NCBI GenBank assembly: GCA_039583695.1
Contig: JAVKSL010000004.1
Span: 10,543 to 74,542 of the forward strand
Origin: Acidimicrobiales bacterium
Lineage (GTDB): Bacteria > Actinomycetota > Acidimicrobiia > Acidimicrobiales > JAJPHD01
Length of the DNA: 64,000 nucleotides
Direction of reading: 5' to 3'
Under the pieces are notes generated by a model that was not told the DNA's origin, did not search any database, and worked only from the letters and a program-made list of their open reading frames with translations. This document shows, piece by piece, positions 19,144 through 27,741 of the stretch. The position numbers and the translations under genes are program-made. The number at the start of each line of letters is the position of its first letter. The stretch's first letter is position 1.

Positions 19144-19599
19144 GTGCCACCGAGCCCGGACTGCTGCACGCACCATGAGCCACATGTTACGCAAAGGCCG
19201 CCCATCTTGACCTCGCCGAATGAAGAAGACTGGGACGTCCGCCGCACTGAGCCGGCGCGACCGGAGGACGAGCAGTGGTGGGCGGATCGGATAGCCGCCC
19301 ACGCAGCCGAGCGCGAACACGCGCAACAGGGATCCGCCGACCAGCCTGGATCCGGAGGGACGCGTCCAACAGGTGTGCGCTCGGCCTGGGCTGCCCTCGG
19401 CGGGGGCCTGAGCAACGGGCAGGGCAGCGGTTACGTGCCATCTTACCAGTCTCGCCTGGGGGATCTTTCGACCCTCGGGAACGTCGATGCAGCCCGGTCT
19501 GCCTTGTTCTTGCTGATCCTGGCGGTGATCGCGGGTATCGGGGCAGCCCTGGCCTTCGTGGTGATGATGGCAATAGTGGCGGCCGCTACCGGACTGTAG
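19144..19599 (+). CDS. Hypothetical membrane protein
   Basis: ORF with C-terminal hydrophobic helix, abuts the next gene; start may be TTG near 19207. Confidence 0.5.
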   Translation: MPPSPDCCTHHEPHVTQRPPILTSPNEEDWDVRRTEPARPEDEQWWADRIAAHAAEREHAQQGSADQPGSGGTRPTGVRSAWAALGGGLSNGQGSGYVPSYQSRLGDLSTLGNVDAARSALFLLILAVIAGIGAALAFVVMMAIVAAATGL

Positions 19600-19603
19600 G
19601 CCC

Positions 19604-20218
19604 GTGACCGATCTGACCACAAGCGCCCGGCGGGCGGTCGCTCTGGCCGGTCACTGCCACGACGAAGCAACAGCCAGGACAGGGCTCACCAATCCACTCC
19701 CTCATGTCCGGGCAAGCGCGCTCGGCGCTCTCTCACAGATGGGATCGATCAGCCAGACAGACCTGGCTGGCGGTCTGGCCGACCCCGCCGCTCCTGTGCG
19801 CCGCCGCGCCACCGAGATCGCGGCCCGCCATCGCGGCCCCGAGCTGGGTCAGATGCTGGCGGATCCCGCCCCGGAGGTTGTCGAGATGGCCGCATGGGCG
19901 CTCGGCGAACGTGGGGAAGCCGCGTGCGTGCCGGCGCTGGCCACCACTGCTCGGACCCATCCGGACCCGCTCTGTCGCGAGGCCGCCGTGGCGGCCGTCG
20001 GCGCAATCGCCGCTCAGACGGTGTGCCCCGCCGAGGGATTGGCCGCCGTCCTTGATGCCCTGGGTGCCACGGGTGCCACGGGTGACCGACCCGCAGTGAG
20101 GCGACGAGCCGTCCTCGCCCTGGCCGCGTTCGAAGGACCTGCGGTGCGCGCTGCCTTGCACGCCGCCTTGGGCGATCATGACTGGCAGGTCCGCCAGGCC
20201 GCCGAGGACCTCGTCTGA
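19604..20218 (+). CDS. HEAT-repeat protein
   Basis: Repeated LADP..VR..A..ALG units, ending DWQVRQAAEDL. Confidence 0.8.
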   Translation: MTDLTTSARRAVALAGHCHDEATARTGLTNPLPHVRASALGALSQMGSISQTDLAGGLADPAAPVRRRATEIAARHRGPELGQMLADPAPEVVEMAAWALGERGEAACVPALATTARTHPDPLCREAAVAAVGAIAAQTVCPAEGLAAVLDALGATGATGDRPAVRRRAVLALAAFEGPAVRAALHAALGDHDWQVRQAAEDLV

Positions 20219-20248
20219 GAGGATTGACGCCCCGCGAACGGCCCCCAC

Positions 20249-21253
20249 CTACCGGGCCGCCCCCGCGAACATAGCCTTGAGGGAGTCGAAGGAATCAAGG
20301 CAGCGCCCGGCACCCAGCGCAACGCACTCCAGGGGGGCCTGGACCAGATGAACCGGCAAGTCGGCAGCTCTGGACAGCCGGATGTCGAACCCTCGGAGCA
20401 GCCCTCCCCCACCAACCAGGTGAATCCCCTGGACTATCAAGTCCTGGGACAGCTCCGGTGGCGCGTGGCCCAGGCAACGGACCACCGACTCCACAACAGC
20501 CGCCACCGGTTCCTCGATCGCCTCGCGCACCTCTGACGGCGACAGGATCACGGTCTTGGGCAAGCCCGACATCAGGTCGCGGCCCCTCACCTCGACCCTG
20601 ACCTCGTCGTCCACCGCACAAGCTGACCCGATGGCCAGCTTGATCTCCTCCGCCGTGCGGTCGCCGATCGCAATGCCGTGGGCCCGGCGCAGGTGGACCT
20701 GAATCGCCCCATCCAGTTCAAAGCCACCGATCCTGATCGCTTGAAGGGCGACCACCCCGCCCATCGAGATGACCGCGGTCTCGCTCGTCCCCCCGCCCAC
20801 ATCGACCACCATGTTGCCCAGTGGCTCCTGGATCGGCAGGCCAGCCCCGATCGCCGCGGCGAGCGGCTGCTCGAGCAGGTATACGTCCGAGGCCCCAGCT
20901 CGCTTTGCTGCCTCCTCGACAGCCCTGCGCTCGACCTCGGTGATGGCCGACGGGACACAGATCAGCACCCGTGGGCGGTTGAAACGCGACACGCCCACCC
21001 GCTCCAGCAGAAGGCGGATCATACGCTGGGTGATCTCGAAATCGGTGATCGCACCCTTGCGCAACGGCCGCACCGCCACTATGTAGCCAGGGGTCCGCCC
21101 GATCATCTGCCAGGCATCCTGGCCCATGGCCAGGACTTCCTGGGTCCGGGTGTTGAGGGCTATCACTGTGGGCTCGTTGAGGACGATCCCCCTCCCGCGG
21201 ACAAAGACCAAGGTGTTGGCGGTCCCCAGGTCGATAGCCAGGTCCCTAGCCAT
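20249..21253 (-). CDS. mreB: Rod shape-determining actin homolog MreB
   Basis: AIDLGTANT, VDVGGGT, TAEEIK, GGGGLL. Confidence 0.95.
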   Translation of the reverse strand: MARDLAIDLGTANTLVFVRGRGIVLNEPTVIALNTRTQEVLAMGQDAWQMIGRTPGYIVAVRPLRKGAITDFEITQRMIRLLLERVGVSRFNRPRVLICVPSAITEVERRAVEEAAKRAGASDVYLLEQPLAAAIGAGLPIQEPLGNMVVDVGGGTSETAVISMGGVVALQAIRIGGFELDGAIQVHLRRAHGIAIGDRTAEEIKLAIGSACAVDDEVRVEVRGRDLMSGLPKTVILSPSEVREAIEEPVAAVVESVVRCLGHAPPELSQDLIVQGIHLVGGGGLLRGFDIRLSRAADLPVHLVQAPLECVALGAGRCLDSFDSLKAMFAGAAR

Positions 21254-21713
21254 CGCTCAGCTCCCTGACCTCGCTGGCACCGGCTGCCCAGTCAGAGCCG
21301 TCGGACCAGCTCTCGCGCTTCCATATTGGCACCGTCGTCTTGAGGGTGTCGATGCACCACCGAGCCGCGTCGAAAGCTTGACCCCGATGCGGCGCCGACG
21401 CGGCCACCAGCACAGACGCCTCGCCCAGGCCCATCGAACCCAGCCGATGAAGCAGGGCTAGGCGACCCAGCTCAGGCCAGCGGCGCCGAGCCTCGGCGGC
21501 CAGAGCCGCCAGCTTGGGCACCACCTGGTCCCGATAGGCTTCGTATTCCAGGAAGGTCACCCCTTCCCGCCCTTCGGAATGATCCCGGACCGTGCCGATG
21601 AAGGTCACCACCCCGCCGCAATCTGGCCGGATCACCCAGCTCGCCGCCTCTGCCACGGGGAGCGGGCCGTCGTCGAGCCCGATCCAATCCATCCCGCTTG
21701 GCGATTGCAGCAC
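21246..21713 (-). CDS. moaE: Molybdopterin synthase catalytic subunit
   Basis: FIGTVRD, LEYEAY, HRLG, PHR, VPIWKRE; TACGCT 6 nt before GTG. Confidence 0.93.
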   Translation of the reverse strand: MLQSPSGMDWIGLDDGPLPVAEAASWVIRPDCGGVVTFIGTVRDHSEGREGVTFLEYEAYRDQVVPKLAALAAEARRRWPELGRLALLHRLGSMGLGEASVLVAASAPHRGQAFDAARWCIDTLKTTVPIWKRESWSDGSDWAAGASEVRELSDG

Positions 21714-21737
21714 ATGGACAGCGTAGATGTCACAGAG

Positions 21738-21809
21738 CCTCCTACGTCAACACTTCCCCCAACCTCCACAATTCCCCCAACATCAACAGGACCCCTGACA
21801 TCAGGGTGA
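21738..21809. repeat. Degenerate 18-bp tandem repeat (4 copies) in a divergent intergenic region
   Basis: cctcctacgtcaacactt / cccccaacctccacaatt / cccccaacatcaacagga / cccctgacatcagggtga. Confidence 0.6.
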
Positions 21810-21889
21810 CTTTCGGGGGGTCCCCCCTAGTGCGCCCCAACTGTGCGCGCGACGCCATCTTGGCATGTCCTGTCAGTAATGTCGGTATC

Positions 21890-23119
21890 GTGTTGGCAAG
21901 CGAGGGACCCGAATTTGACGAAGACTCGGGCGACGACCGGCGCTGGCCCGCCCCCGACCCGGACGACCGGCTGTGGCGTCACCCCTCCGAGATCCCAAAG
22001 AGCTCTGCCAGCACTGCCCGGTCGCTGCGCCGGGGTCGCCTGCTGGGAGGAGCTTTCCTGGTGGCCGGTCTGGCCGGCGCCGGCGTCGCGTTGTTGTTCA
22101 ACGGGCTGGTGATAGGGAATGCCGGCCGTCCCAGCCGGATAGGCTCGCCAATCTTAAAGTCGATAGGATCCGCCCCGAGCCCGGCCCCTCAGACCAGCCA
22201 ACCCACCAGCGGCCCGACGGTTGGGGTTGGACCTGGAGTCATCTCCTTGATCATGAGCCGGCTGCCGGGGATCGTGGCCGTGGACGTCGCCGGGCCGGAT
22301 GGCACCCAGCAGGGCACCGGCCTGATCCTGCAGCCAGACGGGGTGATCCTCACGACCAGCCAGCTTGTGGGGGGGGCAACCACGATCACAGTCACCTCCT
22401 CCGACGGCCGGGAGTGGAACGCTAACTTGGTGGGCACGGACTCGACCACGGGAACGGCGGTCATCCGGGTTCCAGCCAACGGGCTGACGGTGATTCCCGT
22501 CGACTCCTCCAAGGATCTCCGGGCTGGCGCGCTCTCGGTGGTGCTTAGCGCAAACAGCAGGCCGGGACGGCGCTTCGAGGCCTCCATCGGGCTCTTTTCC
22601 GGGGTCAACCAGGATGTGGACCTGGGTAATGGCGACTCGGTCCCGGACGCGATAGTCACCGACTCTGTTCCCCCCAATCCCATGGGAGCCATCCTGCTCG
22701 ATGACCAAGGCAAAGTTGTGGGGGTCCTCCGATCGGTGATCTCCGACAAGGGCGCAACATCCGCAGTGGCCACACCTATTGCCCTCAGCAAGGAGGCCGC
22801 CGCCCGCCTCCTGGCTGGCCAGGCGGCAGTCCATTCCTGGCTCGGCCTGACCGGGTCGACCGTGGCACCGGCCCCGAGCCACCACGAAGGTGCCCTGGTA
22901 GCAGCAGTGACACCCGCCAGCCCCGCGGCGCTCGCCGGCATCCGCCCAGGAGACGTCGTCACTGCGATCAATGGGCAGACAGTGCCGTCGATGGCGGCGC
23001 TCACTGGCGACGTCAAGTCCCTGCCTCCAGGAACGTCGGTCATCCTGAGCATCGATCGAGCTGGCGCAACCCTCGATCTGTCGACCACTCTCCAGGGCCA
23101 GCCGGGAAACGCGGGCTGA
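21890..23119 (+). CDS. Membrane-anchored HtrA-like (trypsin fold + PDZ) protein with degenerate catalytic triad
   Basis: TM, GTGLIL..DGVILT, PDZ (SPAALAGIRPGDVV); start set by TAATGT 7 nt before GTG 21890. Confidence 0.8.
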   Translation: MLASEGPEFDEDSGDDRRWPAPDPDDRLWRHPSEIPKSSASTARSLRRGRLLGGAFLVAGLAGAGVALLFNGLVIGNAGRPSRIGSPILKSIGSAPSPAPQTSQPTSGPTVGVGPGVISLIMSRLPGIVAVDVAGPDGTQQGTGLILQPDGVILTTSQLVGGATTITVTSSDGREWNANLVGTDSTTGTAVIRVPANGLTVIPVDSSKDLRAGALSVVLSANSRPGRRFEASIGLFSGVNQDVDLGNGDSVPDAIVTDSVPPNPMGAILLDDQGKVVGVLRSVISDKGATSAVATPIALSKEAAARLLAGQAAVHSWLGLTGSTVAPAPSHHEGALVAAVTPASPAALAGIRPGDVVTAINGQTVPSMAALTGDVKSLPPGTSVILSIDRAGATLDLSTTLQGQPGNAG

Positions 23120-23138
23120 TGCCCCTACTATCTACGCG

Positions 23139-24359
23139 GTGAGCGGTCCCTCGCCATTCGGAGGTTTCGGAGGCAATAACCCGCTGGAGTACCTCCTCGG
23201 CGACCTGCTCAAGCTGATGTCGACCAACGCTCCGGTTCAGTGGGACCTGGCTCGCCAGCTGGCCCACACCGTGGCCAGCGACGGTCAGCCCGAGCCAAAC
23301 GTCGATCCCATCGAGCGGATCCGACTGGAGGAGCTGGCGAGGGTGGCCGAGCTCCACGTCAGCGACGCCACCGGGCTCAACACCTCGACCACTGGCGGGC
23401 TGGTCTCGATCTCCGCCCTGAGCCGATCGGAGTGGGCTTGGCACACCCTGGACGCTTGGCGGCCACTCTTCGAGACCCTGGCCAAAGCGATCCACCCTGC
23501 CAGCCCAGATGCTCCTCCCCCCACTGTCGAGGATCACCCGGGATTTGCCCAGCTGATGGGGTCGCTGGGTCAGGTCATGGGACCCACCCTGCTGGGTCTC
23601 CAGGTCGGTTCGGCGCTCGGTCACCTGGCTCGGCGGGCGATGGGGCCCTACGTGCTGCCGATTCCAAGGCCGCGCTCGGACGAGCTGGGCTTGGTGGCCT
23701 CGAATATCTCCAGCTTCGCCAATGACTGGAGCCTGCCGGTCGACGACGTGCGGCTGTGGGTGTGCCTCAGCGAGCTGACCCACCATTCAGTGCTGGGCCG
23801 CCCCCACGTGCGCAGACGGCTCGAGGAGCTGTTGAGCGCGTACGTCGGTGGCTTCCGACCCGACACCGCTGCCCTGGAGGAGCTGCTTCGTGGCCTCGAC
23901 CCCACAGACCCTGCCGCTATCCAGGCGGCGATGGGCGACCCCGCTGCCCTGCTCGGCGAGCGCGCAACGCCCGAGCAGACGCTGGTTGCCGGCCAGATCG
24001 AGGCCCTGGTCGTGGTGCTGGAAGGCTACGCGGACCACGTGACAGACCTGGTGGGGTCCCGGCTCATTGCCTCATACGGGTCCCTGGCCGAGGCCATGCG
24101 GCGCCAGCGAGTGGACCGGGACCCGGGCGAGGCGATGATCGAGCAGCTGGTCGGGATGGACATGGGCCAAGACCGCTTCGACCAGGGCACGGTCTTCGTG
24201 CGCGGGGTGATCGATCGCGCCGGACCAGACGCCCTGGCGCGACTTTGGGAGTCCTCCACGACCCTGCCCACTCCAGCCGAGGTCGGTGCTCCCGGCTTGT
24301 GGCTCGCCCGGATCGACCTCCCGACCAGGCCCGGTCCGGAGGATCAGTCGGCTTCGTAG
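23139..24359 (+). CDS. Zincin-like putative hydrolase (DUF2342-type)
   Basis: QWDLARQLA, LSELTH, LEGYADHV, LPTPAEV..P..W. Confidence 0.8.
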   Translation: MSGPSPFGGFGGNNPLEYLLGDLLKLMSTNAPVQWDLARQLAHTVASDGQPEPNVDPIERIRLEELARVAELHVSDATGLNTSTTGGLVSISALSRSEWAWHTLDAWRPLFETLAKAIHPASPDAPPPTVEDHPGFAQLMGSLGQVMGPTLLGLQVGSALGHLARRAMGPYVLPIPRPRSDELGLVASNISSFANDWSLPVDDVRLWVCLSELTHHSVLGRPHVRRRLEELLSAYVGGFRPDTAALEELLRGLDPTDPAAIQAAMGDPAALLGERATPEQTLVAGQIEALVVVLEGYADHVTDLVGSRLIASYGSLAEAMRRQRVDRDPGEAMIEQLVGMDMGQDRFDQGTVFVRGVIDRAGPDALARLWESSTTLPTPAEVGAPGLWLARIDLPTRPGPEDQSAS

Positions 24360-24628
24360 GTGTCGGGGAGGCCCAGGTCCCAGTCGAGGATCAGGTTCTC
24401 GCGCTCGGCGTCTCGAACCACCCGCTCCCGATTGCGACGAAATTGGGGATCGTGCGGTGGCAGGAGCGCCAATCGGGCGAGCGCGCGCTGGCGGAACTCC
24501 TCCAGCAGGTTGCGATCCCCAAAGATCGCCTCCACCTCCCAGTGCGGCGCAACCGGGCCCAGGTAGAGGATCCTGACGTGGCCGCGCGCCGGCTGTGCCT
24601 GCTCGAGGCTCTCTGGTGATGTCGACAT
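24344..24628 (-). CDS. Small hypothetical protein
   Basis: Globular-looking 94-aa ORF filling the gap, TAGGGT upstream of ATG. Confidence 0.7.
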   Translation of the reverse strand: MSTSPESLEQAQPARGHVRILYLGPVAPHWEVEAIFGDRNLLEEFRQRALARLALLPPHDPQFRRNRERVVRDAERENLILDWDLGLPDTYEAD

Positions 24629-24786
24629 AGAGCATCACCCTACGTGCTGCCGTGATCGTATAAGCTGTGCGAGCCAGCTACATCCGCCAGTTTGATCCAC
24701 CGACACTGGTAGCCCGGAGGTCATCTTTGGGATTGGCTGGCCCGCACAGGGCGAGCGGCTTGTGTCGGTGGATTAGTGGAGGTGTC

Positions 24787-25023
24787 ATGGATACAACATG
24801 GATGGCCGAGGGCAAGTGTCGGGATCTTCCCCCGTCGATGTTCTTCCCCAGCGACGGGGTCGGTGTCGATGTGGCCAGGCGGGTCTGTGCAGATTGCCCG
24901 GTCAAGGAGCCCTGCCTCGAGTACGCGCTCTACAACCGCATCGACCACGGGGTATGGGGCGGCTGCTCCGAACGGGAGCGGCGCCGCATAGCTCGTCGAA
25001 GGCGCCTCGCCGCCACCACCTGA
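24787..25023 (+). CDS. WhiB-family Fe-S transcriptional regulator
   Basis: Four Cys (C..FF..CxxC..C), GVWGG, basic tail; SD ggaggt before ATG 24787. Confidence 0.92.
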   Translation: MDTTWMAEGKCRDLPPSMFFPSDGVGVDVARRVCADCPVKEPCLEYALYNRIDHGVWGGCSERERRRIARRRRLAATT

Positions 25024-25063
25024 GCACCCGAACCAGCTCGGCAACCCAACTTGGCCCACGTGG

Positions 25064-25900
25064 ATGCCCATGTGCCCAAGCTTGCTGGAATGCGTGGTCA
25101 ACATCTCCGAGGGACGCAACCGCACGACCATCGATGCCTTGGCCGACGCCGCGGGTGAGGCTCTGCTCGACCTGCACGCCGATGCCGACCACCACAGGTC
25201 GGTCTTCACGCTCGCCGGCCCTAGCTTGGACCGGTCACTGCGGTCGCTGGCGCGCCGGGCAGTCGAGCTGGTGGACCTCCGCTCTCATCATGGCGCCCAC
25301 CCGCGACTCGGCGCGCTCGACGTCGTGCCGTTTGCCCCCCTTGCTGGGAACGCCGTGGACCAGGCAAGCATTGACCAGGCCATCGCAGCCCGGAACAGCT
25401 TCGCTGCCTGGGCGTCAGCCGAGCTGTGCCTGCCGTGCTTCCTCTACGGTCCCGGGCGCGGCCTCCCCGAGATTCGCCGGTACGCCTTTGGCCCCATCTC
25501 CCCAGACCTCGGGCCTCCCCTGCCCCACCCCAGCGCGGGAGCGGTGTGCGTAGGCGCCCGTCCGGTGCTCGTCGCTTACAACCTTTGGCTGGCCAGCGAC
25601 GATCTGCACCAGGCACGCCAGGTGGCCAGAGCGCTTCGCGGTCCACACCTGCGGACTCTCGCCCTGGCGCTGGGCGGCGGTCGGGTGCAGGTGTCGTGCA
25701 ACCTCGCCGATCCCACCCGGCTGGGCCCAGCTCAAGTGTACGATGCCGTGGCAGCCCTGGCTCGGGTGGCACGCGCCGAGCTGGTCGGCCTCGTTCCCGC
25801 GTCGGTGCTAAGGGCCGTCCCCCCCCGGCGCTGGGATCAGCTGGACCTCGACGAGGACCGCACGATCGAGGCGCGTCTGGCCATGCGACTAGCTGGCTGA
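25064..25900 (+). CDS. Glutamate formiminotransferase domain protein
   Basis: ECVVNISEGR, DADHHRSV, GAHPRLGALDVVPF, GAR..LVAYN, QVSCNL, ELVGL. Confidence 0.88.
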   Translation: MPMCPSLLECVVNISEGRNRTTIDALADAAGEALLDLHADADHHRSVFTLAGPSLDRSLRSLARRAVELVDLRSHHGAHPRLGALDVVPFAPLAGNAVDQASIDQAIAARNSFAAWASAELCLPCFLYGPGRGLPEIRRYAFGPISPDLGPPLPHPSAGAVCVGARPVLVAYNLWLASDDLHQARQVARALRGPHLRTLALALGGGRVQVSCNLADPTRLGPAQVYDAVAALARVARAELVGLVPASVLRAVPPRRWDQLDLDEDRTIEARLAMRLAG

Positions 25901-26173
25901 GGCGTGCTGCCGGGCTGCCTCTACCGCTCTCGACCTACGCAGCCACCGGCGCTCCCGCTCCGAGAGGCCACCCCAGATCCCGAACTTCTCGCCATAGCTG
26001 ATCGCATACTCCAGGCACTCCTCCCGCACAACGCAGCCCCGACAGACCTCCTTCGCCTCCCGGGTGGAGCCCCCGCGCTGGGGAAAGAATAGGTCGGGGT
26101 CAACCCCCATGCAGTTGGCTCGCTGGTGCCAGGCGAACTCTTGAGCTAGCAGATCGGAAAAATTTGACTCCAT
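25889..26173 (-). CDS. whiB: WhiB-family regulator (WhiB/WhiB2-like)
   Basis: ANCMGVDPDLFFPQRGGSTREAKEVCRGCVVREECL...FGIWGGLSERERR; real start ATG 26173 inside the long ORF. Confidence 0.9.
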   Translation of the reverse strand: MESNFSDLLAQEFAWHQRANCMGVDPDLFFPQRGGSTREAKEVCRGCVVREECLEYAISYGEKFGIWGGLSERERRWLRRSRAVEAARQHASAS

Positions 26174-26205
26174 CTCAGTACATCTCCCCTCGCCGGGATT
26201 GTTCC

Positions 26206-26228
26206 CAGCACTGTAATTACAGCACTGT
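26206..26228. promoter_or_regulatory. Palindrome/direct-repeat site upstream of whiB
   Basis: ctgtaattacag perfect palindrome (26211-26222) within cagcactgt-aatta-cagcactgt. Confidence 0.45.
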
Positions 26229-26347
26229 TGGCCGAGCGTGTCCAGTCGCCGGGCGAGCTGGTGGCGAGTGGGCACGAGAGCGCGGGACAAAAGGGCAGCA
26301 TTCCTACAAGATCCAGGTAAGGTCATCTTGAGCGAGAAGGGGCAATC

Positions 26348-27262
26348 GTGTTGGTCGTAGTCCTTGCCTTGGGCGCCGCCGTCTTCAACGCGCTGTCGTC
26401 GGTGCTGCAGCGCTACGCGGCCCGAGATGCCCCTGACGAGGACTCGCTGCGGCTGAAGCTGGTGGGCTACCTGCTCCACCGGCCGGCCTGGCTGGGCGGG
26501 CTGGTCGCCATGATCCTCGCCTTCTTGTGCCAGGCCACGGCCCTCACCCGGGGAACCCTGTCGATCGTGCAGCCCATCTTGGTCATGGAGCTGCTTTTCG
26601 TGCTCGCGATCTTGTTCCTGTGGTTCCACGTCCAGGTGGGCACTCTGGAGTGGGCAGGGGCGGTCGCCACGGTGGTGGGCCTCGGTGGGTTCCTGGCCGT
26701 GGCCAGACCCTCGGGCGCCCGGGCCACGCCGTCGCTTTTTGCGCTCGGCGCCACCATTGCCGGCATCGCAGTGGTGATCGCCATCGCGATCACCCTGTCT
26801 CGCCGGGCTGGGCCCCCGGGTCGGGCTGCCCTGTTCGGCGTGGCGGCCGGGGCGACGTTCGGGCTGACTGCGGGGATCATCAAGGTCTTCACCGACTCCA
26901 TTGCGAAGGACGGTCTCGGCCCCGCTCTGGCCGGCTGGCCCCCCTACTTGTTGGTCCTGACCGGGCTGGGCGCGTTGTTCCTGGCCCAGAATGCGTTTCA
27001 GGCTGGCCCCCTGACTGCCTCCCAGCCTGCGCTCACTATCACCGACCCCGTGGTGAGCGTGGCCATAGGGGTCGGCTTGTTCGGGGACCACCTGGCACAC
27101 AGCGGTGTGGACATCACCCTGGAGACGGTGTCTTTCGTCCTGATGGCCCTCGGGATCGTCCTGGTCAGCTTCTCGCCACACATCTCCGGGGACGCGACCG
27201 TAGGGCAGGACCGTCGAGCTGAGGCTTCGCCTTCGGCCAGGAGCGGCATCGAGGAAGCCTGA
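26348..27262 (+). CDS. DMT-superfamily transporter
   Basis: About 9-10 TM; LSIVQPIL, QNAFQAGPLTASQP motifs. Confidence 0.85.
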   Translation: MLVVVLALGAAVFNALSSVLQRYAARDAPDEDSLRLKLVGYLLHRPAWLGGLVAMILAFLCQATALTRGTLSIVQPILVMELLFVLAILFLWFHVQVGTLEWAGAVATVVGLGGFLAVARPSGARATPSLFALGATIAGIAVVIAIAITLSRRAGPPGRAALFGVAAGATFGLTAGIIKVFTDSIAKDGLGPALAGWPPYLLVLTGLGALFLAQNAFQAGPLTASQPALTITDPVVSVAIGVGLFGDHLAHSGVDITLETVSFVLMALGIVLVSFSPHISGDATVGQDRRAEASPSARSGIEEA

Positions 27263-27283
27263 GGTCTAGCATCCACGGCGATT

Positions 27284-27318
27284 AGTACCTTGATATGTGG
27301 CAGGTACTGGTATATTTT
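27284..27318 (+). promoter_or_regulatory. Promoter and inverted-repeat operator of the mod operon
   Basis: TTGATA-17nt-TATTTT-6nt-ATG; agtacct-N11-aggtact overlaps the -35 and spacer. Confidence 0.6.
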
Positions 27319-27324
27319 GCCCAG

Positions 27325-27741
27325 ATGACCTCATTTCGCATCGGCCAGGCTGCCAAGCTGCTGGGCGTGAGCTCGGACACCGTGCGGCGGTGGGGTGACG
27401 ATGGCCGTTTCGAGATCGGCAGGGACCCAAGCGGGCATCGGGTGATCGACGGGGCGGCCCTGGCGGCGTTCGCCGCCTCCCAGGCGGGTGACGGCGAGAT
27501 CCCCACGGTTTCCAACGAGTCGGCGCGCAACCGGTTCACCGGGATCGTCACCAAGGTGACCAGGGATGTCGTCATGGCCCAGGTGGAGCTACAGGCAGGG
27601 CCCCACCGTTTGGTGTCACTCATGAGCCGCGAGGCCGCCGACGAGCTGGGCCTGGTCCCAGGTGTCCTCGCCGTGGCGGCAATCAAGGCAACCAACGTGA
27701 TCGTCGAGCTGCCCACGCCCTCAAGGGGGGACCAACCATGA
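27325..27741 (+). CDS. HTH + TOBE molybdenum-responsive regulator
   Basis: FRIGQAAKLLGVSSDTVRRW, SARNRF.G, AIKATNV. Confidence 0.9.
   Translation: MTSFRIGQAAKLLGVSSDTVRRWGDDGRFEIGRDPSGHRVIDGAALAAFAASQAGDGEIPTVSNESARNRFTGIVTKVTRDVVMAQVELQAGPHRLVSLMSREAADELGLVPGVLAVAAIKATNVIVELPTPSRGDQP

Noticed and set aside
26175-26183. ATG-TAC-TGA mini-ORF before whiB
   Set aside because: Its ATG directly abuts the SD, which is better spaced for the whiB ATG
26174-27181. 430-aa WhiB fusion from the ORF track
   Set aside because: The upstream part is antisense shadow of the DMT gene; the real start is ATG 26173 with an SD
27313-27322. tattttgccc identical to a half-site of the 33114 palindrome
   Set aside because: A single 10-bp half-site coinciding with a -10 element; chance is plausible
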